From: Bacteroidota bacterium
Lineage (GTDB): Bacteria > Bacteroidota > Ignavibacteria > Ignavibacteriales > Ignavibacteriaceae
Direction of reading: 5' to 3'
Length of the DNA stretch: 64,000 nt
Assembly: GCA_021815405.1 (NCBI GenBank)
Contig: JAKAGV010000007.1
Location: 181,888-245,887, forward strand
Below are positions 9,381-18,335 of this stretch, one piece after another. Made by a program: the position numbers and the translations under genes. The notes under the pieces were generated by a model. That model saw only the letters and a list, made by a program, of their open reading frames with translations. It ran no database searches and was not told where the DNA came from. Each line of letters begins with the position of its first letter. Positions within the stretch are counted from its first letter, which is position 1.

Positions 9381-10118
9381 TTGCTTATAATTAAACCTCA
9401 TATCTTTAGCAAATTCCCACAGATTATCTTCGGATTCAGTACTAAAATCGGTGCTGAAAGAAAAGCTCCATATTATTTTAATCTTTCGAATTCGGTCGGT
9501 GATGTTAAAGAAATTGTTAATGAAAACCGGAGGTTATTTTTTGAATCACTTAATTTGGAACCGGAAAACATTGCTCTTCAAAAACAAGTTCATGGTGATA
9601 CAATAACCTATGTTTCATCAGGAGGAGAAATTGGCGAAAGCGATGCAATGATTACGGATAAATTTAATATTGCTCTTGGAATAAGTTCTGCGGACTGCGC
9701 TGCAATCTTTATTCTTGATACAAAGGAAAAAGTAATTGCGGCTGTCCATTCCGGGTGGAGAGGAACTGAGAAGAAAATTCTTTTTAAAACGCTTCAAAGG
9801 CTGAAAGTTGATTACAATTCCAGCCCCGAAAATTTAATCGCATATATCGGTCCTTCGATTAGCCAAAAGAATTATGAAGTTGGTAAAGAAGTCGTTGAGC
9901 TTTTTGATGAGAAATATTCTATTGCCTTGGGCGAAAAATATATTTTAAATGTATCTCAGGCTAATTACGACATGCTGCTGAATTTCGGATTATCGAAAAA
10001 CAATATTCAAGTTTCTTCACTCTGTTCTTATGAATTGAACAATGTTCTTCATTCATACCGCAGGGACGGTCTTCATTCCGGCAGAGCTTTGGGTGTAATT
10101 GCAATGAAAAACATTTAA
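9381..10118 (+). CDS. pgeF: Peptidoglycan editing factor PgeF / YfiH (DUF152 polyphenol-oxidase-like)
   Basis: 245 aa. Motifs QVHGD, SADCAAI and HSGWRGT, plus a C-terminal SYRRDG. Confidence 0.8.
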   Translation: MLIIKPHIFSKFPQIIFGFSTKIGAERKAPYYFNLSNSVGDVKEIVNENRRLFFESLNLEPENIALQKQVHGDTITYVSSGGEIGESDAMITDKFNIALGISSADCAAIFILDTKEKVIAAVHSGWRGTEKKILFKTLQRLKVDYNSSPENLIAYIGPSISQKNYEVGKEVVELFDEKYSIALGEKYILNVSQANYDMLLNFGLSKNNIQVSSLCSYELNNVLHSYRRDGLHSGRALGVIAMKNI

Positions 10119-10171
10119 GCAAAAAATATTAAATTGTTTCCCGAATTATTTAATTTAATTTCTAGTTACAA

Positions 10172-10549
10172 ATGTTAAACATTATTCGAATTAAAAAAGC
10201 CGTTTTCTATGCATATCACGGAGTTCTTTCGGAAGAGCAAAGTGTGGGCGGAAAATTTGAAGCTGATGTTGATATTTATACCAACTTCAAAAATGCGGCT
10301 ACAAAAGACAGTTTGAAACAGACAATCGATTACGACAAAGCTTACAAGTATATGTACCAGCTTGCTCTTGAGCAGAAATATTACTTGATAGAAACACTGG
10401 CTACAAGGATTGCCGATGGACTGCTGAATCAATTCCAGCATATTGAAAAGGTTGCGGTGCGAATAAGAAAAAATAATCCTCCGCTTGGCGGCGTTGTTGA
10501 CTGCGTTGAAGTTGAAGTTGTTAAATCCCGGGAAGATCTTGGTCAGTAA
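10172..10549 (+). CDS. folB: Dihydroneopterin aldolase
   Basis: 125 aa. F.AYHGV..EE...GGKFE.DV.. is a typical FolB N-terminus. It is followed directly by folK. Confidence 0.85.
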   Translation: MLNIIRIKKAVFYAYHGVLSEEQSVGGKFEADVDIYTNFKNAATKDSLKQTIDYDKAYKYMYQLALEQKYYLIETLATRIADGLLNQFQHIEKVAVRIRKNNPPLGGVVDCVEVEVVKSREDLGQ

Positions 10550-11042
10550 CATTGCTTATATCGGGCTTGGTTCCAACAAGGGAGATAAATTAAATTATTT
10601 AAGGAAGGCAGTTATCAAATTGAATGAAGGCTCCGCTTCCAAGGTTGTAAAGTCTTCATCAGTATATGAAACAAAGCCATTCGGGTTAAAGAAACAGGAT
10701 AATTTTTTAAATGCGGTTATTAAATTATCGACCGGTAAAAATTATCTTGAATTGATTTATCTACTAAAAAATATTGAAAAAGAACTTGGCAGGAAAGAAT
10801 CGGTTAGATGGGGTCCTAGAGAAATTGATTTGGACCTTTTATTCTTTAATAATTTGATTTATTCTGATGACAAAGTTACTATTCCGCATAAAGGGATAGC
10901 AGATCGTGATTTTGTGCTTGACCCTTTATGCGAAATAGAGGGAGAATTAGTTCACCCTGCATTAAACAAAAAAATTTGTGATATTTGTTCTGGCGTTTCT
11001 GAAAAATTTATAATCAGAAAACTATCCGCAAAAATTTTATAA
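10539..11042 (+). CDS. folK: 2-amino-4-hydroxy-6-hydroxymethyldihydropterin pyrophosphokinase
   Basis: Motifs AYIGLGSN.GD, S.YETKP.G, WGPREIDLDLL and IPH. A likely TTG start at 10539 overlaps the folB stop. The ORF track's 10485 start would overlap folB by 65 nt. Confidence 0.8.
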   Translation: MVSNIAYIGLGSNKGDKLNYLRKAVIKLNEGSASKVVKSSSVYETKPFGLKKQDNFLNAVIKLSTGKNYLELIYLLKNIEKELGRKESVRWGPREIDLDLLFFNNLIYSDDKVTIPHKGIADRDFVLDPLCEIEGELVHPALNKKICDICSGVSEKFIIRKLSAKIL

Positions 11043-11059
11043 AAAAGTGTGAGATTAAA

Positions 11060-11722
11060 TTGAGCGAAAATTCGGAAGTAAAATTCATCTCGATTGAAGG
11101 TGTAATAGGCGCAGGTAAAACTTCGCTTGCACGTAAATTAAAAGAGAGGCTTAATGCACAGTTGATTCTTGAGCAATTTGAGGTCAATCCGTTCCTTGAA
11201 AAATTTTATGGCGATAGAAGGCGATATGCATTCCAGACGCAAATGTTCTTTCTGATAAACCGCTTCAAGCAGCAGGAACAATTGAACCAAGAGAATCTAT
11301 TTACCGAATATATTGTGTGCGATTACCTATTCGAGAAGGATAAAATTTTCGCTTACTTAAACTTAACCGGCGAGGAGCTGAAGCTTTACGAAGCGCTCTT
11401 TCCGCCGTTGGCGCGGAACCTCCGCAAACCTGATTTGGTTGTTTATTTGCAGTCAAGCGTTGATCGTCTAATGTACAACATAAAGAAAAGGAACAGGAAG
11501 ATAGAGAGAAACCTTACGATGAATTACATAGAAGAGTTGAGCGAGGCGTACAACCATTTCTTCTTCAGGTACAATGAAACCCCGCTGCTGATAGTGAATT
11601 CTTCAGAGATTGATTTTGTAAACAGTGATGATGATTTTAATGAATTATTTAAGCAAATATTCAGAGAAGACCGCGGCTTTACTGAGTATTTTAAACCCGA
11701 AACGAGAAGGATAGAAAATTGA
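11060..11722 (+). CDS. Deoxynucleoside kinase family protein
   Basis: 220 aa with P-loop IEGVIGAGKTS and overall dNK/dCK/dGK-like layout. TTG start as given in the track. Confidence 0.75.
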   Translation: MSENSEVKFISIEGVIGAGKTSLARKLKERLNAQLILEQFEVNPFLEKFYGDRRRYAFQTQMFFLINRFKQQEQLNQENLFTEYIVCDYLFEKDKIFAYLNLTGEELKLYEALFPPLARNLRKPDLVVYLQSSVDRLMYNIKKRNRKIERNLTMNYIEELSEAYNHFFFRYNETPLLIVNSSEIDFVNSDDDFNELFKQIFREDRGFTEYFKPETRRIEN

Positions 11723-11934
11723 TATTCGAATTCTTTTTTTGGCTAATTATATTTTACATTTTAATGAAGGCACTTGGTGTTTTTCTGCGGTTCTTTATGC
11801 CGGCTTACCGCGGCTCAGCTCCAAAGCAGTCTCAGCAAAAGCCTAAAACAAGCGAGTCCAAGTATAAGGATGCCGAAGAAGTTGATTTTATCGAGATAAA
11901 AGAGGATAAGAAAACCACGGAAAATAAAACTTAA
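11719..11934 (+). CDS. Small membrane protein (DUF4834-like)
   Basis: 71 aa with one N-terminal TM helix and a charged Lys/Glu tail. Its start overlaps the upstream stop in an ATGA-type 4-nt overlap. Confidence 0.4.
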   Translation: MIFEFFFWLIIFYILMKALGVFLRFFMPAYRGSAPKQSQQKPKTSESKYKDAEEVDFIEIKEDKKTTENKT

Positions 11935-11940
11935 GTAACT

Positions 11941-13044
11941 GTGTGCGGTGGAATGTCGAAGGTAATTTATTGGATAGTTCGGAAGCTGTTTTCGATTAAA
12001 GAAAACAAGAGCCGCGAAATCGGCAGACCTAAAAAAGTTCTTGTCGTTCGTCAGCATAACCAGCTTGGAGATTTGCTTGCAGGGGTGTCGCTTCTTCGTG
12101 CAATAAAAGAAACTTTTCCCAAATGCAGCATTACGCTTATCGTCAGTCCTTCAAACTACCACGGGGTTATAAAGAATAAATTCATCGACAGACTTTTTAC
12201 TTTTGATAAGAAAAAAATATTTAGCCCGGTCTATCTTAAAAGTTTTTTCATCTTGCTACGCGAAGAATATGATTTAGCAATTGTGCCGGTAACGGTTTCG
12301 ATTTCATTTACAAGCAACTTGATAGCAAGATTTTCAAATTGCAAGATTAGGATAGGTGCAAACAGCCTAGACGGTAAACCAAACAAGAGCGCTTTCCTTT
12401 TTGATAGAAGGGTGGATATTGATTGGAGGAAATATCCTGACTCTAACGTTGCTGAAAGAAGCCTGGACGTAGTAAGACCGTTTGGAATAACGACAAGTAC
12501 TTTTAGTACTGAAATATCTTTTGATGAGAAAGATATTTCTTATGCAGAAAAATTCATCTCGGAATTGAAATTAAGTCCGGAAGAATATCTAATCGGATTC
12601 CATGTTGGAGCAGGAAAAATTCCCAACCGATGGTCGTTAAAAAAATATATTCAGCTAATGGAAATGCTGAAGGAGAATTTTCCGCTCAAGTTCTATTTAA
12701 CCGGAAGTTCGGCTGATAAAGAGGAGATTGATTATATAAAAGCAAATTCAAAAATAGAATTTGGTCTTTTCATAAACAGGAAGATTCCGGAGGTGGCGGC
12801 ATTGGTTTCATTATCAGATTTATTCATATCAAACGACACCGGTATAATGCATGTAGCAGGTTCGACAAAAACTCCGCAAGTGTCGCTGTTTGGTCCCACA
12901 AATCCATTTAACTGGGCACCGGTTGGGGATAATAAAAAATTTATCCGTAAATCCGAATTAATTGATGATATTACTGTGGAAGAAGTTTTTGATATGTGTA
13001 CTTCATTATTGAAGAAGAAAGAAAAAGAAGAGCATGCCGCCTAA
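11941..13044 (+). CDS. Glycosyltransferase family 9 (heptosyltransferase-like)
   Basis: LVVRQHNQLGDLL..V.LLRAIKE.FP at the N-terminus and SNDTGIMHVAG near the C-terminus. Confidence 0.75.
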   Translation: MCGGMSKVIYWIVRKLFSIKENKSREIGRPKKVLVVRQHNQLGDLLAGVSLLRAIKETFPKCSITLIVSPSNYHGVIKNKFIDRLFTFDKKKIFSPVYLKSFFILLREEYDLAIVPVTVSISFTSNLIARFSNCKIRIGANSLDGKPNKSAFLFDRRVDIDWRKYPDSNVAERSLDVVRPFGITTSTFSTEISFDEKDISYAEKFISELKLSPEEYLIGFHVGAGKIPNRWSLKKYIQLMEMLKENFPLKFYLTGSSADKEEIDYIKANSKIEFGLFINRKIPEVAALVSLSDLFISNDTGIMHVAGSTKTPQVSLFGPTNPFNWAPVGDNKKFIRKSELIDDITVEEVFDMCTSLLKKKEKEEHAA

Positions 13045-13987
13045 AAACATAGCCGCAATAGATATGGGGACAAATTCTTTTCATCTTGTTATAGCGGAGT
13101 TGAAAAAGAAAGATTCATTTAAGATAATTGACAGGGAAAAGGAAATCATTAGGCTCGGCTCGCACAAAGGTGAAGCGTTAAATTTAATTTCGAAAGAGGA
13201 AACATCGAAAGCAATTGAAGTTTTAAGAAGGTTTAAACAGCTTGCAAGCTACTACAATGCACCTATTAGAGCTGTTGCGACCAGCGCTGTAAGAGAAGCT
13301 TTTAACAGGAATGATTTCATAAGTGCAGTTAAAGAAAATACCGGTCTTCAAGTCGAAGTAATTGACGGACATAAAGAAGCGAATTTAATTTACTTGGGCA
13401 CAAAGAAAGCTCTTGAAATATCCGATAAACGTGTACTTTGCATTGATATTGGCGGGGGAAGTACTGAGTTTGTTCTTGGCGATAACAGTCATCCGGCGTT
13501 TGCGGAGAGCATAAAAATAGGTGCGGTAAGATTGACAAGGAAATATTTCCCTGGGTACATTTTATTTTCTGAACATATTACTGAATGTACAAGTTATATT
13601 GAAGAAGCTATCTCTTCAAATAAAAATATTTGTTTGAATGAGCATATTGAACTTGCCGTAGGTTCATCCGGAACTGTTCAATCAATAGCTTCAATGGTTA
13701 GCTATTTAAGAGACGGATTTCAAATTAAAAATATCAATGGATTTTCTTTTACGGCAGAAGAATTTTTGCAAGTGGCAGAAATTGTGTTAAATAAAAGAAC
13801 ACCAAGAGAACGAATGACGATCGGCGGACTCGAAGCCAAGCGGGCAGATATAATCCCTGCCGGAGTCTTAATTCTTAAAAAGATATTTGAAATGTTTAAA
13901 CTGAAAAGCATGACGGTTTCTGAATACGCTCTCCGGGAAGGAATTATACTGGATATGATTGCGAACAAGGAACAATACTTGAAATAA
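13034..13987 (+). CDS. Ppx/GppA-family phosphatase (exopolyphosphatase-like)
   Basis: AAIDMGTNSFHLVIAE and DIGGGSTEF are ASKHA-fold motifs of Ppx/GppA. Confidence 0.8.
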   Translation: MPPKNIAAIDMGTNSFHLVIAELKKKDSFKIIDREKEIIRLGSHKGEALNLISKEETSKAIEVLRRFKQLASYYNAPIRAVATSAVREAFNRNDFISAVKENTGLQVEVIDGHKEANLIYLGTKKALEISDKRVLCIDIGGGSTEFVLGDNSHPAFAESIKIGAVRLTRKYFPGYILFSEHITECTSYIEEAISSNKNICLNEHIELAVGSSGTVQSIASMVSYLRDGFQIKNINGFSFTAEEFLQVAEIVLNKRTPRERMTIGGLEAKRADIIPAGVLILKKIFEMFKLKSMTVSEYALREGIILDMIANKEQYLK

Positions 13988-14095
13988 AAATTTATTGTTG
14001 ATTTTGATACTAGATTCTGAATTCTAGGTGTAATTCCAACATCAAGTATTTGCTATACAAGTAAGTTTAATTTGTATTATTATTGAAAGCGGTTC

Positions 14096-15652
14096 CTATC
14101 TTGATTTAAGCTTAAATATTGAATCCAGCACGGTACCGTCAACCCACTTTACAATTGCAACAACTTTTTTAAAATCAAACTGCGGTTTTGCCGGCTTGCC
14201 GCAAATTGAATAAACTTCATCTTTAATTTCTCTAATTGATCTGATAGGAAGTGAAGATTTTGACATAGCTTTAATCAAATCTTTTCTTCGTGGATTTATT
14301 GCAATACCTCTTTCAGTGATTACGACGTCGATGAGTTCACCCGGTCCGCAAAGAGTTGTAACTTCATCGATAATAACAGGAATTCTATCGCGAAACGAAG
14401 GCACAGCCAGTATTGAGCACTTAGAGTAAAGGCAGTTTTGCCAACCTCCTATTCCATGAAGTAAGTAACCATCCGAATGGCTGACTACATTTGCATTAAA
14501 GTGCACATCAACTTCAGTAGCGCCAAGAACAGCTACATCAACTATAGATGCAAAATTACCTTTGCCGTGAAAGTTATAACTTGTAAACGGACTTGTGTTA
14601 ACATGGTTAGGATTATCATGCATGCTTCTCACGCCTTCAAGGTCGAAAGTTTGTCCGTCAAGAATGTAATCGGTTAAACCTTCTTCAAGAAGCTGCACTA
14701 AATATTTTGTTGAGCCGCCTCTAACAAAACGTGCTTTAACTCCCTTTGCTTTCATTCTTTCTTTTAAGTAAAGAACGAAAGCGAGATTCGTTCCACCAGA
14801 GCCTGCCTGGAATGAAAATCCATTTTTCATAATGCCGGCTTCATCAATAAACTGGGCGACGTATTCTGCAATCAAAAGTCTGTCCGGAGATTTAGTAACT
14901 TGAGTAGTTCCGGAAACGATTTTAGATGAGTCTCCAAGCGAATCAACTTGGACAACATAATCGACATTGTTGCCCTGGATCTGCCACGGGATACAAGGGA
15001 AAGGAACAAGGTTATCGGTAACAACAATGACTTTATCTGCATACTCGGAATCTACAAGAGCAAAGCCGATAAGTCCGGATGCAGATTTTCCGTTTACACC
15101 ATTTGCATTTCCAAAAGTGTCTGCTGTTGGGGCTGCGATTACTGCTATATCAATGTGCACTTCACCGTCTTGAACTGCCTGGTATCTTCCTCCATGAGAA
15201 CGCAAAACTCCAATGCCTTTCATCTTTCCTTCTGAAGTATATCTGCCAAGCGGTCCATTCATGCTTCCTTCGATATGATGGATTGTTCCGTCCTCAAGAT
15301 ATTTTATCAAGTGTTCGTGTATAGGAAAAGAAGCACTTGGAAACCAGCGGATGTTTTTTATTCCTAACTCATGTATTACATCAAATAAATAATTTGTCAG
15401 CGCATCACCATCTCTCAAATGATGATGAGTCGAAATTGTCATTCCGTTTTTTATTCCGGCTTTCTTTAAAGCTTCTTTTAAATTTCTGACAATTTTGTTT
15501 CCGTCTTCAGGATAATTTACGCAGGATTTTATAGATGGTTTAGCTTTGGTGCCTTCCGGTTCGTACTTGTTTACTCCTTTGAAAGGGATTTGCTTATGGC
15601 CGTTGACTTCCGAAGGTACCAATCTGCCTGCTGCGTTCTTTATTAATTTCAT
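14096..15652 (-). CDS. citF: Citrate lyase alpha subunit (citrate CoA-transferase)
   Basis: 518 aa, the CitF length. STHHHLRDGD motif. The start codon abuts the stop of the CitE-like gene. Confidence 0.8.
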   Translation of the reverse strand: MKLIKNAAGRLVPSEVNGHKQIPFKGVNKYEPEGTKAKPSIKSCVNYPEDGNKIVRNLKEALKKAGIKNGMTISTHHHLRDGDALTNYLFDVIHELGIKNIRWFPSASFPIHEHLIKYLEDGTIHHIEGSMNGPLGRYTSEGKMKGIGVLRSHGGRYQAVQDGEVHIDIAVIAAPTADTFGNANGVNGKSASGLIGFALVDSEYADKVIVVTDNLVPFPCIPWQIQGNNVDYVVQVDSLGDSSKIVSGTTQVTKSPDRLLIAEYVAQFIDEAGIMKNGFSFQAGSGGTNLAFVLYLKERMKAKGVKARFVRGGSTKYLVQLLEEGLTDYILDGQTFDLEGVRSMHDNPNHVNTSPFTSYNFHGKGNFASIVDVAVLGATEVDVHFNANVVSHSDGYLLHGIGGWQNCLYSKCSILAVPSFRDRIPVIIDEVTTLCGPGELIDVVITERGIAINPRRKDLIKAMSKSSLPIRSIREIKDEVYSICGKPAKPQFDFKKVVAIVKWVDGTVLDSIFKLKSR

Positions 15653-16879
15653 TTATTTTTCTTTCCAGTCTTCATCCAACAAATTATTTAAGACAGCTAA
15701 ATGAATTGTCCTCTGTGCTCGTTTAACAACCGGTGCGTCGATCATTTTTGTTCCAATTGAAACAACGCCTATTCCTTTACGTTCTGCCTCTTCAAAGGCG
15801 AGAACAATCTTTTTAGCTTTTTCTATTTCTTCCGCAGCCGGTTCAAAATATTTATGAACAACCGGAATTTGTCTTGGGTGAATGCAGCCCTTTCCTTCAA
15901 AGCCAAGTGACTTAGCTTCAATTACACTCTGTTTCAATCCTTCTATATCACCAACATCAGAAAAGACTGTATCTATGGCTTGAATACCAGCCGCCTTTGC
16001 TGCATTAACAATCATTGAACGAGCAAAGAAACTTTCTTTTCCTTCCAAAGTTCTTTGCGTTCCAATGTCGGCGGTATAATCTTCAAGTCCAATTGTAAGT
16101 GCACAGTTACTTTTAACTGCGGAGGCAATTTCATAAGCTTTAACGATTCCAAGTGCACTTTCGATAATCGGCATCAAGAATACTTCGCTCTTAATATTAT
16201 TTTCATGCCGAATTCTTTTTATTTGATCATCGACTTCAATTACCTGCTCGGCGTTTTCGCACTTTGGAATAAGTATAACATGAACATTATGAGGAACGAC
16301 GAATTCCAAATCTTCCAAGCCAAGCGGCAACTGGTTTATTCTTACCATTCTTTCTGAACTGTAAAAATCAACGCTGCGCAACGCATTCCTAACGAGAACT
16401 CTTGCAGCGTCTTTTTCAGAAGGAGCCACGCTATCTTCTAAGTCCAGAATTATTCCATCCGGTTTATGTAGACCGGCATTTAGAAAAAATTTTGGTTCAT
16501 TACCCGGAAGATAAAGCCTGCTTCTTCGAAGCTTATCTTTGGAGGAGGTGTATAAATTATTTTTATTGAATGGAAGTAAAAATTCTTTTTCGTTTTCCGG
16601 GAACAATTTTTTTACGGCAAGTTCAAACCTTGAAGCAATAACAAATGGGAGAGCACCGTAATCTTCGAAAAAGACCTTTGCATTTTTTATTTCAAAGAAC
16701 CTGCACATTTCATCTACTTGTTCTTTGATTGATCCCCCATAAAGAGAAGCAACTTTGCTCTTTAACTCTAATTTTATTCCGCCGGAGTTGGTTAGTTCAA
16801 TTTCGAAATAACAATCGGAACGAATATTTTCCCCGCGATGCCCGGCTGAGGATTTTTGGTTCTGTGTTTTCATAATCAT
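15653..16879 (-). CDS. Fused citrate lyase acyl-carrier (gamma, CitD-like) and beta (CitE, citryl-CoA lyase) subunits
   Basis: 408 aa. The first ~95 aa resemble CitD (SAGHRGENIRSD... and ...DYGALPFVIASRFELAVKK). The remaining ~300 aa are HpcH/HpaI-CitE-like (RSRLYLPGNEPKF, DLEDSV, GLEDYTADIG). Confidence 0.7.
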   Translation of the reverse strand: MIMKTQNQKSSAGHRGENIRSDCYFEIELTNSGGIKLELKSKVASLYGGSIKEQVDEMCRFFEIKNAKVFFEDYGALPFVIASRFELAVKKLFPENEKEFLLPFNKNNLYTSSKDKLRRSRLYLPGNEPKFFLNAGLHKPDGIILDLEDSVAPSEKDAARVLVRNALRSVDFYSSERMVRINQLPLGLEDLEFVVPHNVHVILIPKCENAEQVIEVDDQIKRIRHENNIKSEVFLMPIIESALGIVKAYEIASAVKSNCALTIGLEDYTADIGTQRTLEGKESFFARSMIVNAAKAAGIQAIDTVFSDVGDIEGLKQSVIEAKSLGFEGKGCIHPRQIPVVHKYFEPAAEEIEKAKKIVLAFEEAERKGIGVVSIGTKMIDAPVVKRAQRTIHLAVLNNLLDEDWKEK

Positions 16880-16883
16880 TTAT

Positions 16884-18335
16884 CTAGAAGATTAATTTAT
16901 CCATGAAATCTTTTGCTGTCTTCTTTTCACATTTGAAAATCAAGTTTTTGATTTCTTTTTGTCTTTGTTTGGAAATTAAGCCATCAGACAATGAGATAAA
17001 TTTATTTTCTAGATCTTCAATAGTCATCGGCTCCCTGGGATCGCCTTTTGGAAATTCAATATATTCCGAAAATTCTTTCCCGTCTTTTGTTTTGATAGTT
17101 ACTTTTGACGGCTGTTTGGCGGGGAACATTTTTTCAAATTCCGTTGATGCTTCTCCTTTAATTTTCTTAATCACTTCCCAGATTCTGGGATCTTTCAATT
17201 TTTCTTCTGAAAAAGATTGAGTTGTTATTTTATGATCAACAATTGCGGCGGCAATGCAGTAGGGAAGTGAATGATCTGCAGTCTCTCTTGATTCAGGATG
17301 ATACTTATGAGGATCGAAGAGAATGTCGCAAGCTCGTGCAATTGTAGCTACTTTTATCGAATCAATTTGATCATAAGTAATATCATTGTTAATCACGGTT
17401 TTTAATGCAGCAGTAATGTGAGTATGTGTCAGAGCTTCTGTTGGAAATGCTTTCATGCTGCATTCAAGAATTTTAAAATCATTTCCAAGATTTCCAATTA
17501 ATTTTTCAATATTCCATTTCCATTCTTCAGACATATCTCTTCCGTGCATCGTAATTGGATTTACTTTTTCGTTCTTAGTATCCCAGCCAAAAAAACAATC
17601 CATAAATCCTTCTTTACCTTCGAAGACTGCTTCTGTCCCGGTGTATCCTTGCTTAGCCATTAGAGCAGCGAAAACACCGGATTGAACAGCCATTGGATCG
17701 ACAGTATTTTTCATCATCGTCAATTTACCCGCAGTTGGAGCGCCAATTGTGTAATTGTGGCTTCCGCTAATTCCAATTGCGTTTACCATTTGGTCTACGG
17801 TTAATCCTAGAAGTTTTCCTGCAACAACAGGAGAAACAAACTGAGTTAATGTAGCGTGATGCCATTTCCTTTCGCGGATTCCTGGAACGGCGAACTCGCA
17901 AAGCCTTTGTTCAAATTCATAACCAAGTACAATTGCGGTGATAACATCTTTCATTGAGGCATCAACAAGCTCACCAACCGCAAGGGCTGCAGGTATTAAA
18001 TCCGAAGGATGTGAAGGATCTTCTTTCCAATAAACATCATTATAATCGAGAGCCCGAATCATTAAAGAATTTATTAAAGCAACGTTGACAGCCGGCAGCT
18101 TATCTCCAAAGCCAATTAATGTTGCTTCTTTACTCCCTCGTATTTTTTTATAAATATCTTTGAGGATTTTTACATCCTTAGTTTGACTGCCGCCGAAAGC
18201 ACAGCCTATTGAATCATACAGAAATTTTTTTGCAGTCTCAACCACCTCTAAGGGCAGATCAATGTATTTCAGATTTACTGCGAATTCTGAAATTGTTCGA
18301 GAAATTGATTTATTCATAATCTGGATTTTATCCAT
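16884..18335 (-). CDS. MmgE/PrpD-family protein (2-methylcitrate dehydratase-like)
   Basis: 483 aa, the typical PrpD-family length, with N-terminal F..NL.Y.DLP.EVV...K....DSIGCAFGG. Confidence 0.8.
   Translation of the reverse strand: MDKIQIMNKSISRTISEFAVNLKYIDLPLEVVETAKKFLYDSIGCAFGGSQTKDVKILKDIYKKIRGSKEATLIGFGDKLPAVNVALINSLMIRALDYNDVYWKEDPSHPSDLIPAALAVGELVDASMKDVITAIVLGYEFEQRLCEFAVPGIRERKWHHATLTQFVSPVVAGKLLGLTVDQMVNAIGISGSHNYTIGAPTAGKLTMMKNTVDPMAVQSGVFAALMAKQGYTGTEAVFEGKEGFMDCFFGWDTKNEKVNPITMHGRDMSEEWKWNIEKLIGNLGNDFKILECSMKAFPTEALTHTHITAALKTVINNDITYDQIDSIKVATIARACDILFDPHKYHPESRETADHSLPYCIAAAIVDHKITTQSFSEEKLKDPRIWEVIKKIKGEASTEFEKMFPAKQPSKVTIKTKDGKEFSEYIEFPKGDPREPMTIEDLENKFISLSDGLISKQRQKEIKNLIFKCEKKTAKDFMDKLIF

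Noticed and set aside
10175-10552. 125-aa ORF antisense to folB, plus similar antisense ORFs within citF, the aconitase-family, IDH-family, gldG and other genes
   Set aside because: They are fully nested opposite well-supported genes. AT-rich genomes generate such shadow ORFs.
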